Part shown: positions 12,601 to 23,800 of the stretch, piece after piece
Position numbering within the stretch: position 1 is the stretch's first letter
Layout of the letters: each line of letters opens with the position of its first letter
DNA from: Histomonas meleagridis 2922-C6/04-290x
Taxonomy: Eukaryota; Protista; Parabasalia
Length of the DNA: 64,000 bases
Reading direction: 5' to 3'
Assembly (NCBI GenBank): GCA_020184695.1
Contig: JAANOX010000071.1
Coordinates: 118,313 to 182,312, forward strand
Position numbers and translations under genes: made by a program
Notes under the pieces: model-generated
Told to the model about the DNA's origin: nothing
The model's database searches: none
What the model saw: only the letters and a program-made list of their open reading frames with translations

Positions 12601-13325
12601 TCAATGCAAAATACGTTTTAAAGTATTCAATGGCATATTCAAATTTCAATCCAAGTAAAATCAACGTAAATTATTCAAAAATTGCAGCAGAGTTGACGGT
12701 TTCAATTGACGAAATGTTTTGTGATATTTCATTTCCGTCATTTGAGTTCATCAACGATGTGACGGTTTCCGATGATTTAATTGCCGTTACAACAGCGGTT
12801 TCGACCGTTTATATAATGAAAGCTATTGTTTCGAATGAAACTTTAACTTTAAAAGGGCAAATTCAATTTCATATGAGGAATCCATTATTTTCTTATATAT
12901 ATCGTAAGTTTATGTTGTGCTTAACTGTGAATAATAAAGAAATATTGATTTGGTCAATTTCTTCAGGTTTTAAAATTTGTTCAATTGGAATCAAAAATGT
13001 GGAATTGGTTCGAGTTGACAAAGAAACAGATGCGCTATTTGTTGCATCAGGGAATATTTTGTATCAATATACATTAAATGGAACATTTATCCGGAAAATT
13101 GATGTTGGCGCAAAAATCACTGCGTTGGACACAGCAAGCTTCGGATTCACTGTGTTCACAAGGCCTGTGGTCGTCGGTCTGGTCGACGGCAATGTTTTGC
13201 TTGTGAATGTGTCGTTGGACAAAGGCGAATTTACTGTTGGCGAAAGAGCAAAAGTTTCATCGAAGCCAATAAAGGGATTAAATGTGTTACCAGAAAGCTC
13301 ATTGATAGAAGTGTTTGATAAATAA
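6681..13325 (+). CDS. Large BEACH-domain protein with degenerate C-terminal WD40 region
   Basis: 2214-aa ORF; WINGKISNFEYIKFVNLFAGRSFSDLCSYPIFP, EFIPEVYCFPEMF, NLNVWFDLVFG, GQLPNFIF. Confidence 0.92.
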   Translation: MENPLISSEELEKINDPDQKIEFLKSCLPKFIQYFSSKMNQIPSESDLQSMKDLANKMSTILDHLNPGDYRTIVKIILIFNHFHFQFLFDVKPYVNFFLSSILDDSLCREKDFLEALHILFSDTNFCNQLLEQDGLDLVYDRCYSTISNGSPGPLIHILPLFYTKELINSISYKKPHFVLDQICKMLQFATNDTLSVILYHIDTQRSISKTNGFPTFTNDSLETINNILVHSNYNVIWEIYRSILYDSKHVNSNFLPFFNSLYQMPELSTEIKLKILQNIGNKSISLITDINFDISNWFIPEICTDILFFFEFNKICGIYLTNKTKNISLLIKKFIDNIKLPVKENVLYNHIFNWFIDLIQVYDINSNDFNDKYFIDVFILNLKIDEIYNIGNVYNVFLSLLQIIFDINRNKYNFESYYKYVEIVIHFKLKINLEITEIIKQNFSSFFDIIIDNLNNRNIQKLLQKLFIKKEFVDELKYCDLNICLNNENNLINFLTFFKDYNYYHFIDEWIQKQSKKSLIFKLSKEIIENIIISSNKILLIPSLLPLCNEININFESDYNNYLIGRYSIPIYNKLKIDYTKILNMNNIMKCYIDPNDLLYLIENKIDIVNDYFNNYEEKFSEFEFFSNNYVLFNKEFDSIVFDLKFIEPKNDEMYELFIINNSIIISIKNNFIFANNKKIAMINFNNWIQFTITSSKMPSKTFFYINNKAIFYEKGTLNEIIIGSKNNKSAHFYLRSLIYTFPYQIVQIKRLEEYQTKENITKIDETNSNFIFIPIYSLSTIFSDLYYLNKIFELFDHETNETQKDKILKLCSLISKVLPNYLQHFYFKRFIFSLTNIEGTFPFQYISYYLDTLNNITSINDRTEYFCYLLFDIQLLFSMSKDLLSEFFYHGLFPILSTKKKILNYEIIESKNVFLFYYFLILIFDNKVITQHIIPLLTYIGSQFQSFNLLKGLKSIILYQNLLNISSSIDCEHINSLLSLFFIKSNHQKEIFILLENFQTNCKYQILNEKEILIIALTSSKKCILKFIMQYLKKLSNFININHLPLICKVIQRFYKHEIIFSLIIELIIDGKFDFDKNYHLLTIKKPIFLPILYSFLISVSKISPSLYTQKIYEVVYILFENQYNLLYDKQNLPFLIELLNGGIINILNTFKPKIFDYSNLVTFTQNEILIMNNTFDNGYNIFSSLLKQFLDKIILNKPFPDQFLLFLSKLFSNSLIYFINKKATTSFINNLQLLCNYSDPQILLHIISNIFKNLRNCDQIIYKNLSYSIDFCLEKYQSYFNNGMFWSQVILFCSTSPKIFIEFLNVFINNFNNIPNEMLTLLFDLLNANIETFLVKSYRIKAIILLYLFLKSKVNPPQNFTSKFYIIIKRIVKEEYPENSQNMIINQISISNSYEELLQKEINFDEFQQIYSNDQIDRKILLSKYKLEEQILNLLHENIITNIYNIAIISSVKSLQLIREFSNIININTRNLENTYSIIQMFEMCSKSFTSKPKSFRISPFVSSTNICRKIILPSIFPIKTPNDSTAQETIKPNSTKYSFMHFKAIIEEYPSYLPKDLFKYSQIFQCVSVLQLFSNVFPGYNQIIPCKIIRFDLNVPSIIFKYENSFRILLNCNYKNNDIELLPNLLVNLIESILLGELGQYSMFCGHFVLIIQNFNIISLLPYNYASIQTCYELTTETFGSFIIQTNKFKILPEIKQKNFPSLSIVMNDWINGKISNFEYIKFVNLFAGRSFSDLCSYPIFPKVIKDYQNDVLTFDNNLRDFNYPIGSVFNHNDQLIIRRYEMSKFHHSENISNPLTVSGTLIRILPFCRIQWFINKGWDIKERNFFSIPLDFSLNCTTKYEFIPEVYCFPEMFLNLNNFVFPDNQPYDVKMPKWASDPFKFVELHKYILEDEKVRKNLNVWFDLVFGVLNFGNEAISHLNTFSELSYQEPNCSQERRAQKHLWMTQCGQLPNFIFDSKHPISKSIQNNFNAKYVLKYSMAYSNFNPSKINVNYSKIAAELTVSIDEMFCDISFPSFEFINDVTVSDDLIAVTTAVSTVYIMKAIVSNETLTLKGQIQFHMRNPLFSYIYRKFMLCLTVNNKEILIWSISSGFKICSIGIKNVELVRVDKETDALFVASGNILYQYTLNGTFIRKIDVGAKITALDTASFGFTVFTRPVVVGLVDGNVLLVNVSLDKGEFTVGERAKVSSKPIKGLNVLPESSLIEVFDK

Positions 13326-13498
13326 TGTTCACATGCATTTGCGTGTAATAATATGTAATAAAAATCTAGTTTTTAAATATGTTTTTATGAAGAAAATTGT
13401 ATACAACTCATTGATAACATGCATAGCATCAAATAAAAATAAATACGAAAAAATGCGATAAGTAATAAATTCCATTTTTAGACATAAAAACAATGTAC

Positions 13499-14035
13499 TT
13501 AATGTGTAGTGCAGGTTTCTTTCTCTTGTTTGTTTATATTAGGTGGTTTTCTCATCATTCTGACAAGAATAGAAAATGCAGCTTCGATATTTATATCATC
13601 CTTAGCTGATGTCTCAATGAATTCTGCACCATATTTTTTTGCAAGTCGTTTGCCTTCAAATTGAGATATCTTCCTTTCTTCTTCGAGATCACACTTATTT
13701 CCACATATAACAATTGGTATTTGATTGCCTCTGTTTTTGATAATATTCCTACAATAATATTCTGCATTTTCAAACGTGGGGCGACAATTTATTGCATATA
13801 CAACAATAAAACCCTTTGCTGAAGAAATAATTATGTCCCTGACCTTTGCAAATTCACCACCGCCACCAGTTATATAAATATATAGTGACGCATTTACACC
13901 ATCAACTGATAAAGTTGGTTCAAAGTCATAAGGCAGGTCAGATCTATACGGTTCAAAAACTCCTTTACAAAGTCTTGTCCCAATTGCCAATTTTCCAGTT
14001 CCTGTATCCCCATAAATAACAACGAACGTAACCAT
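13499..14035 (-). CDS. Ras-family small GTPase with degenerate G1-G3 motifs
   Basis: GDTGTGKL, GNKCD, ETSAK, and C-terminal CTTH. Confidence 0.88.
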   Translation of the reverse strand: MVTFVVIYGDTGTGKLAIGTRLCKGVFEPYRSDLPYDFEPTLSVDGVNASLYIYITGGGGEFAKVRDIIISSAKGFIVVYAINCRPTFENAEYYCRNIIKNRGNQIPIVICGNKCDLEEERKISQFEGKRLAKKYGAEFIETSAKDDINIEAAFSILVRMMRKPPNINKQEKETCTTH

Positions 14036-14845
14036 TCAACAAAAGTGCATTTTTTTACACCAAATGTTCAACTCCCAAAAAATGAACCTTATTCTTAATA
14101 AAATCAAGTCAATTTTTTCTATGTTACAGAAGTACCTTAATAAATATAATTTTGTATTTTAATTTAAAAAAATTTGAAATCGCAAATTTATTGATTTTTT
14201 TTAAATTCTCAAAATATTGAAATATTTTTATTATAATTGAATATTTTGGCTCATTTATTATCAAATAATAGTAAAGTTAAAATGAAATTGTTTTTATATA
14301 AAATTTTGCACCATGTTTAATTTTTTTCATATAATATTATTTCGATTTGTTGCAAAAAATTCCACTATGAAATTTTAAAATTTGAAGTGTCATTAAATAG
14401 AATATAATCAATATTTTGTATTTATAAAGGTTTTATCAAAATTCTTTCGTACATTTTAGAGAAATTTCCCGTTTAAGCATTAACAAATTTCAATATAATG
14501 ATGTGACATGAGAACTGAAAACATTTTTAATTATAAATTTTTAAATTTTGATAAAAATAGAAAATAAATTGAATTCAATGACATTACATCGGCAACCTCC
14601 ATGTAAAAGCATATGTTGAATTTTTTTAGCATAAAACAACCACTTAAAGACAAGTGGTATAGAGTTTAATCTCTATGTTTATTAATATTTTCGAGTTATA
14701 TAAAAATCCCATTGTGGAATTTTTCGCTTACACTTAATCACCTTATTATTTTTTTAACTTTGGACGTTATACTCCCTATATTAATTAATATTTTTGTGTT
14801 TTATAATTATTATTTTTTTAAAAAAAAAAAGATATTAGATACAAT

Positions 14846-17800
14846 TTATGATAAAGGCGCAATTTGCGAGAAATCAACCTGCCTATCAGTATCTATCTCA
14901 GTTCCAAACAATATGGCAGCTCTTATTTTTCTTGCCATCCATTCTTTAGTTGAATATCTTGGGATTCTAATTGAAGATGAGCAAGTAGCTGCTGTAGGAA
15001 GTGGCATTTGCTGATCATCGATTGCATGTGCTTGCACCCATACTATAGATAGTTCGCTATGCCATTTCATTCCTGGTGGCGGTAATCCCATTCGACCAGT
15101 TGCAAACTTAATGAATAACATACGTTCTTCAGGAGAGAATCCTTCGAGCACTTCCCATAGCATTTGTGTTGAATGATCTTTCGCATCATATTTACAATGT
15201 TTTTTAAGATCATCAACTGATACTTTCATATCGCCACAAACAAGAAGTTCCAATTCCCATGGAGAGAGTAATGATGTGGCTTCTTCCGGGAAAAAATATC
15301 GAATTCCTTCTTTAAGACGATCCAATTGAAGTTTCATCTCATCAAGTCGGTACTTTTTGTAAAGCTGTGAATATTCTGTCAGTTTTTCTTGAGTGACTTT
15401 CACACTACTACCGCCAGGAAATAGATCTACTTCAGCTCCATGTGAATCAATTGCTGTGAATGTTAATCCCCTACGTTTAGCTTCTTCATCATTAATTTCA
15501 TTATTATCAATTTCTTTCATTAATCTTTCAAATGCATTATCAACTGCATAAATATCTTCTATAGTTAAGGGCTCGCCTGTTAAATAAGCCCATACAAATT
15601 CGGCCAATTTAAATGGCTGTTGTAATCTTGAAATGAAAGCAATTGTCATTAATAATCCAACGTATACGAATCTTTGTTGCATTTCTTCAGATATTGCATA
15701 AGAGTTTGGTATTAAAACTTCTTGATTTTCGCCTATGTTATTTCTTCTGTTTGGTGTTTCTATAAATAATCCTGTTATTGGGTTCATTACCTCAATACAC
15801 ATTTGAGAGAATATATCTCTAGCTGGTCCACCTGCGTCTGTTGCACCTTCACCTATTAATTCCACATGCCAAGGCACAGAATCTCTTTTTAATGTTTTAA
15901 ATGCTCTTTTTGGTACTTGTTTCATTAATTGTTCGATTAAAGGTTCTGCGTCCTGTCTTTCAGGATGTGCCATATATAAAGCCGCTTTACTTCTATTAAA
16001 CTTTAAGTTAAGTCTTGGGCCCTCATCAAGTTCACTCAGAACTTTTTCACGGAACATTGAAATTTTTCTCTGAGTCTTAACGGCCGCCTTCGCCGATAGC
16101 AGACAATTTGAGAGTGGCAGTTTTTCGGTTAAGTCGACACATTTTAGTAAGTTGTCAATATTATTATCAAGTCTTTGAATTAAATAAATTCTTTCGTCTA
16201 AGATTTGTTTAGGGATATTTTTTAATTTATTATTATATTTTAAAGTAGAGTTTAAATTCTTTAATAATAATTCGTCGAATTTTTTGTTCCAATTTTTCGA
16301 TATAAAACGAACATTTAAAGCGAATTGTTTAAAGTTATTAACAAAAGTTTTTTTACGAATATTTTGTTTTAATTTATGAATTGATATTTTAATATCAAAT
16401 TTTTGTATATTTGAAGGTATTTGTAATTTAAAATGATCAGAATTTACAACGAAATATTTCTCGCCTATAATTGGCTTAACAATTATATCATTTACATAAG
16501 CATAAATTCGATCGATTCCATCGAATTCGATTTTTATAGAAGAAGCATTTTGTAATATAATGTTACGAAACATGTCATTATTTAAATCATCTTTAACGAA
16601 GTCATTATAATTAGTTATATTTATGGTTTCGTTTTCATGATAAGAATTAATGAATAAATCGAAAATTAAAAACGAAGGAAATTTTGTGATGTAATTCCAA
16701 TCATTTGATAACGCTGAAACAATTACAAAATTTAAAACAATTTCATTAAATATATTTTTAGGCTTTTCATTATATTTATCATCTAAAATCTTAAAACAAT
16801 ATTTGATTTGTTGTTTCGTTGGAAAGTTTTGTTCTAAAATATCATAAATTTTTGTATTAATGATTGTCAAATCATAAATCATTTTAATTAATATCGAATG
16901 ATGTTCAGATGTATTTAACTTTGTCCATTTATTAATAGAAGTTTCAAATTTATTAAAATATTGAGAAAAAATGTTTAAATATATTAAATCATCATTTTTC
17001 CATTGAATAAATGATAATAAAGAAGCAATGAAATCATAACAAAATAAGTTACCAAATATATAATTATTATTTAATACATTAATAATTTTTGTTAAAAATT
17101 CTTTTTTAAAATAATCCATCACTTTTTGTGTAATGTTCTGATTTTTATAATTTAAAAAGAAAATATTTAACAAAAAATATAAAATTCGAATTGATGAATT
17201 AGATGTATATAAATTCGAATCATTTAATGTTTGATATATTGGAATAAATATCAATTTAAGATATTCAAATGTTTGAGTGAATTGTATATAACCTGAAATT
17301 GGAATTTGTTTTAATTCGATAAAACGAATGTTATCAATGTTCGAAGTTAATGTTATATTATTATTTATAAGAATTTTAACATTAAATGAAGGCGAAGTTT
17401 GTAATATTGGTATAAACCCAATAACGTTTTGATCATTCATTATTTCATTAATAGAAAATTTATTAAAAGTTTTATTTATTATATATTTAAATGAATTCGA
17501 TAAATTTTTTATTATATAATCAAATGAATCTTTATCTGATGAAATTGTATTTAATGAATTATTAAACATTAATAACAACAAATTTGATTTTTGTTCTGAA
17601 TGATAAAATGTTAATAAAATAGATTTTAATATATTTTGCATATAAAATTTATCAATAAAATATTCATTTTTATTAAAAGTTTCATTATTCTTTATAAAAT
17701 TAGGATAAAATTCATATAATTCAATAATTAAAATCGATAACAATTTAACAATTTCTTCTGAATCAAATGGAAAATTTATTGTTTTCGTTGTCAAATAATT

Positions 17801-20800
17801 TAAAATTAATAAAATGATATAACGTGACATTCGAATTGATATTAATTTTGTTAAATTATTTAGTTCTAAAATGATAGATAAATAATTCGATTGGAAATTA
17901 TTTGTTGGAATTTCATATAAATGTTTTTGATTAATAATTTGTAAACTTCCAAATGTTGTATAAATATAATTCCGAATTATTATATTAGACAAAAAACGTT
18001 CATCGAATATTATTAATTCATTTGTACCAACTTTCGGATCATAAAAATTAAGTTTTATTAAATTGTCATTAATTTCTTTAACAATTCCAATTTTTCCAAT
18101 TTTTTGTTTCATTGAAGTTGTTAATTTTATTGTTTCATTTGGTGATATATCTTTTGGTGATAAATGAATTCGTGAAACATAAAGTGGTAAACCAATTGTA
18201 GCTTTAACATTAGGATTAAAAGGTATAGCTTTAGCTATATAAGGAATTTGTTGTTTATCATTAATAATATTTATAATTTCAGTTATTTCATTTATATGTT
18301 TAAATTCTTTTTGACCGAAATTATATTCGAAATGAAAATCATTCGAATTTATTGATATAAATGGAGTCAAGTTATTAATTTTAGGATTTGGAATTGATTT
18401 TGTTATTTTAATTCCGTTTATAAAGAAATATATTCTTTCTTTATTTAAAAAAACACTTAAAATATCATTTTTATTAATGTTATGTTTAGGTTCATTAAGT
18501 TCAATGTTTCCTGTAATTGATGAAATTATTTCATTTGTAATTATATTATATGAAATTTGTTCATAAAATTGATTCGAATTTCGATAATATAAAAATCCTA
18601 ATGCTAAAGAATTTGTATTTTTTGTTTCTTTTATAATGATTTCATAATAAAATGTTTTCATGGAAGGAATTATTTTATCACTAATAAAAGTAGCAGATGA
18701 ATTAGTATAAGCACAAAATTTATTTATGTTACCATTACCATATAATAAAAACATTTTATACGGTGAAAAATTCCTTAAATTTAATGGTAAAACAGAATAT
18801 GTCAAAAAATTTTCTTTACTTTTTATTACTAAATTATTTTTATTAGATAATTGATATATACAATCATGAATTTTTAATGATATTTGAGATATTTTATATA
18901 AAAATGTTTCATTAGTTTCGAATATCGAAAACTTTAACCATTTTTCTATATTTTTTAATGATATGAAATTCGAAATTAAATCAGAATTTTGTAATAATAA
19001 TGGAATAAAAGTATAAAATGAAGAAATAGTTAAAAATATTAATGAATGATTTTGATATATTTTATTTGTATTTAATATATCAATTGATTTTTCATGAAAA
19101 CTTTGAAAGAATTCAAAATGTTCAATATTAAAATCGAAATATTTTTGATTGATTTGAATTCGTGATGTAGGTAAAACGTATTTAGATGAAATTGTTATAG
19201 AATCGAAATTTTTATTAATAATAATTCCATTAATATATTCGGAATATATTGAATAAGAAATTATTTTTATTAAATCGTTTTTATTTTCATCATTTGTTAT
19301 GATTCCATAACTTCCTTGAATTAAAGTTTGTAAACCATTACCAAATATTAATAAAAATCCTAAAAATTGTAAAAGTTTTTCTTTTTCATCGAAAATATTT
19401 TTAGTATTTATGATATCATTTAAAATTTGATTGAAAAATGTTTTAATTATATCTTTAGATTTACTTTTAGGATGAATTAATATTCTAAAAAATGATATTA
19501 ATTCATTAGATATTAATTGATGAGATTCTATTCCTAAATAAGATTTTAAAATTGGAATTTTCTCATAAATTTGTGCTAAACTTATATAAATCAAAAACTT
19601 GGAAAATAACTCAAAACAATTTAAATTCTCATTAAAAAAATTAATTTTATTATCAACATTTATACCGAATTTATAATAATAAAAAGAAATGAAATGTAAA
19701 ATATTAACAAAAAAATTCGGTGAAGAATTAGGTAATAAATCATAATAAAGTTGTATATTAATATCATGAAAATAATTTTCCGGTATAAATAAAGTTTCTA
19801 ATAATATAATTTTCGATTTAACATTTTCTTCATTTTCTTTCTCAAATAACAAATTATTTAATATTATACTTAATTCTTCATTTTTATATTTTATTATTAA
19901 ATTAGAAATTAATAACCAAATGATTTCAGTTAATGCAATTTCATCAAAAGTTTTAGGCTTAAATGTCGAAACAAAATTTAACAAAAGTTTTATATCTTCC
20001 AAATTTATTTTTTTATTCTTTTTAGGATATAATAAAATTCTTAATAAAAAAAGTCTTAAAGAATTTGGTGTCGAATTATTTGTTAATTTCTTAATGAAAA
20101 TTGTTTCGATTTCATTATAATTCTCATTATATTTATCAATTAAATCATTTGTAATAGTTAATATTAATGATTTATCATCAAATATTTGAAATGAATCGAT
20201 TAAAGATGATAAAAATGATATTGTTGAAGTTGTGAAATTATTTAAACTTAAAAATTCTTTTATTATATTCATAGCTTTAATTCTAATTTTAGCTCTTTTT
20301 TCTTTAATCTTTAATAAATTCTTAATTTCGATTAATTTAATATTCGATATGATAAATGTTAACAAAGAATTCGATGCATTTTTATATTTATTTTCATCAT
20401 AACATTCTTTACCATTTAATAAACTTTTTGTTAATAATAAAAACTTTGATTTTAATAACATTTCTTTAGCAAATTCGATATCATTTTCACGTAAGTTATT
20501 TAAGTTCCTTTTTATTTGTTTACTTTTTTGATAAGCGAAGAATAAATTAGTTCGAATATTATATAAAATTGGAACCAATTTTAATAATTGTATTGGTATT
20601 GGAGGCTTAGCAATACCAGTCGAGTTTGCATTAAATTGTATATATTCTCTTAACGTTGTTAAAACTATTTGGAACAAATCTAATTGTAATATAAATGAAG
20701 CTAAAACAAATCTTTCGACTAATAAACTTAAAGGAAAAGGTTTAATTCGTGAAGAATGTTGAGATTTATAAAGAATTTGTAACAATAAATTTGCAGGTTT

Positions 20801-23800
20801 TAAGTTATCTAATTCATTAGAAGTTAATTCATTTATTAATGTGTTTAAATTATAATTCTCTAATAATTGTGATACTGTTTGTAATGTATTAATATCATTG
20901 ATAAATTTCGATTCTGATTTAGATCTAATTACAGTATTTGTCTTAATATTCGAAATATTATTAATAAGTAAATAATATTCTTTCTCATATTTATATATAA
21001 TTTTCTTCTTTAAATTATTCGATAAGTTTTTTAATATCTTTAAATCTAATAAAATTTTAAATTCTTTCTCAAGTTTTGTCATCGGAAATGATATTAAACT
21101 TTGTTTTAATGATTTACCTATCGAATAACATATTAAGTTTATCATCGATAACAAATAATTAGGCTCAAATTTATTCGATTGTTTAAGTATATTCGCCGAA
21201 ATTATACATAATATACCCCAATCATTATTCGACTCATCAGAATGAAAAAAAAGACGACAACTATCAGATTGTATTATAATTTTCGTTGGCCAATTTTGTG
21301 AATTCGATGGCCCTGAAAGGTTTTTTGTTACTAATGAACCTCCTTCAGCTCGATCATATATTTGTAAATAATCAGTGTTTTGTTCAGTAGCACAACGAGG
21401 ATCAAACTCAATGATTATTTCTGTTGCATTCGGCATATTAATTTTCATTTCAATGTCTTTATTATCTTCATAATTATGTGTTGTTTCAAATCGTTCTGTT
21501 TTTATTTCAGTTGTTTGATCTTCTTCATATATTGTTGATTGTTCTTTATCGATATTTAAATCAAAGTTTGTTGGAATATAATTTTTTTGGAATTTCTTAT
21601 AAAACTTTAAACAACATTTAGAAAATGTTATTGAAATTATTGATGATGACTTTATAATAAGAATTTGTGATAAAATACGTAATATTAATGCAAGTGCTTG
21701 TTGCTTTCGTGAGAATATTTCAAAAAAACATAAATTCTTAATTAATGTTCGCATTAAAGTAGAAATATATTTAGAAATATATTTTTCGTTTATTAAAATG
21801 TTATTTTGTTTAATAAAATTTAATTCTGGTGTTAAATATTTTATTACATTTTTAGTTATATGAAATATATTTTGTGGTGTTAAATAATCTTTAAGTAAAT
21901 TTAATGTTTTCTTATTAAATATATAAAAAATTATTGGTGAATCATTTAAAAATGGAAATGTTAAAGATAATAATTTCGATTTATTTTGGAAATTGTTTAA
22001 TATAAATACATTAAAATCATTAAAATTAGGATAATATAAATAATGAAAAGAGATTTTTATAATATAAAAAGATTCGATTAATATATAATAAGTTAATAAA
22101 TCACTTGATAATATTAACTCAATAAATTCTCGTTCTTTTCTGATTAAATTAAATTCTTCTTCATCAATTTCATTTATTATATTAGAAAAATGTGGAATAA
22201 AACAAAAGTTATTAATTATTAATATAAGTAATATGAAATAAAGAATTTTTTGTCGAGTTTCAAATGAATATAATTTGGAATTTAATATTTCTAATCCGAT
22301 TTCAATTGAAATTTTAATGTTTTCTTTCGGCGAATAAGAAAAATATCGAAAATATTGTATTGTATTATGATTTAATGGTTGAAATATGAATTTAGTACAT
22401 TCATATAATGAATAAATTTTAGTTGAAATAATCTCAAAAATAAAATCTAAAAATGTATTAATTTTAATATCTTTTATTGTATTTGAAACTTTTATAAAAG
22501 GTATTAAATTTTTATCGAAAATTGGAAATGATTTTACAATAACATTTTCATTATTTTGTGTTACCAAATATGAAATTTTATTTGATGAAGTAATTAAATA
22601 AATATTTTCATTATTATTATCATTAATTATATTATTTAACTTATATTTAAATGATTTAATTTTTTGATTAACATATTTAAATGTTAAAATTGGTTCATTT
22701 GAAGCTGAATATAAACAAATTGAAGAATCGAAAACAAAAATAAATTTTATTAAATATGAAGTTTTAATATGTGTTTTAGTATCAACTAAAAAGTTATCGA
22801 TATCAATTACATATAAATCATATTCATATAAAAAATCTTCAATTAAAACAAATAAATATTTATTATCATAAGTAATTCCGATTATTTTTCCATTAATTTC
22901 TTTTAATTGTATAGTTTTCACATATTTAAAATCATTATAAATATCAATGGAATAATTTTCTTTTAATATATAAATTATATTTTGATTATTATAATTATTT
23001 ATAGTTATAAAATTATTTTTATTTGATTTTATGTTTTCTTTTTTAATGATTTTTCCTTTTTTATTTATCACATAAATGAAATTCGTTGTTAATAAATAAA
23101 GATTCCAATTTATATCAGTGGTTATGGAATATATTTCATCTTTTATATTTAAAATAAATTCATTGTTTATTATATTCATATAATCAGGTTTAGAAAATGG
23201 AAAATTTAGTAGAAAAAAATTATTCGAAAATTTTTGTTCAAATGTTGACGTTGGTTCAGCAATAACAGAGATATAAAGTGATGCTAAAAGATTATAAAAG
23301 CCACCATAGATATTAGAGATTATTATAAGGAAATTAATGATTTTCGACTTTATTAAATTGTTGGAAAGTTTCGAATTTTTCGATAATTCGATTAAAAATT
23401 GACAAAAATCATTCATTAGTTGCGGATTACTAGATGTATACGTTGAAAACTCTGGAAGCTCTGTAATACTTAATAAGTTATTTAAAAGATTGTCGATTTC
23501 ATCAATTGTTAATAAATTGATTTGATCTTTTAACTCGAAAAATAATGAAAAGATCGTTTGTAGAATAAATGGTGCTTGTGTCTGTGGTAATGCATTAAAT
23601 GTTAAGACTTTAATTTTTTGTTTTCTTTCATTTTCCATGCTTTTTAATTCTAAATGAACTTGATTTTGCACTATTTCTTCAATAAACTCAAACCTATATG
23701 AATATTGATTTGTGCTGATTAAAAATGGATTGATTTGGGAAACAATAATGTCAAAAAATTTTTCTCGAGTTGATGATACCCAATTTTTCGAATAAAATGT

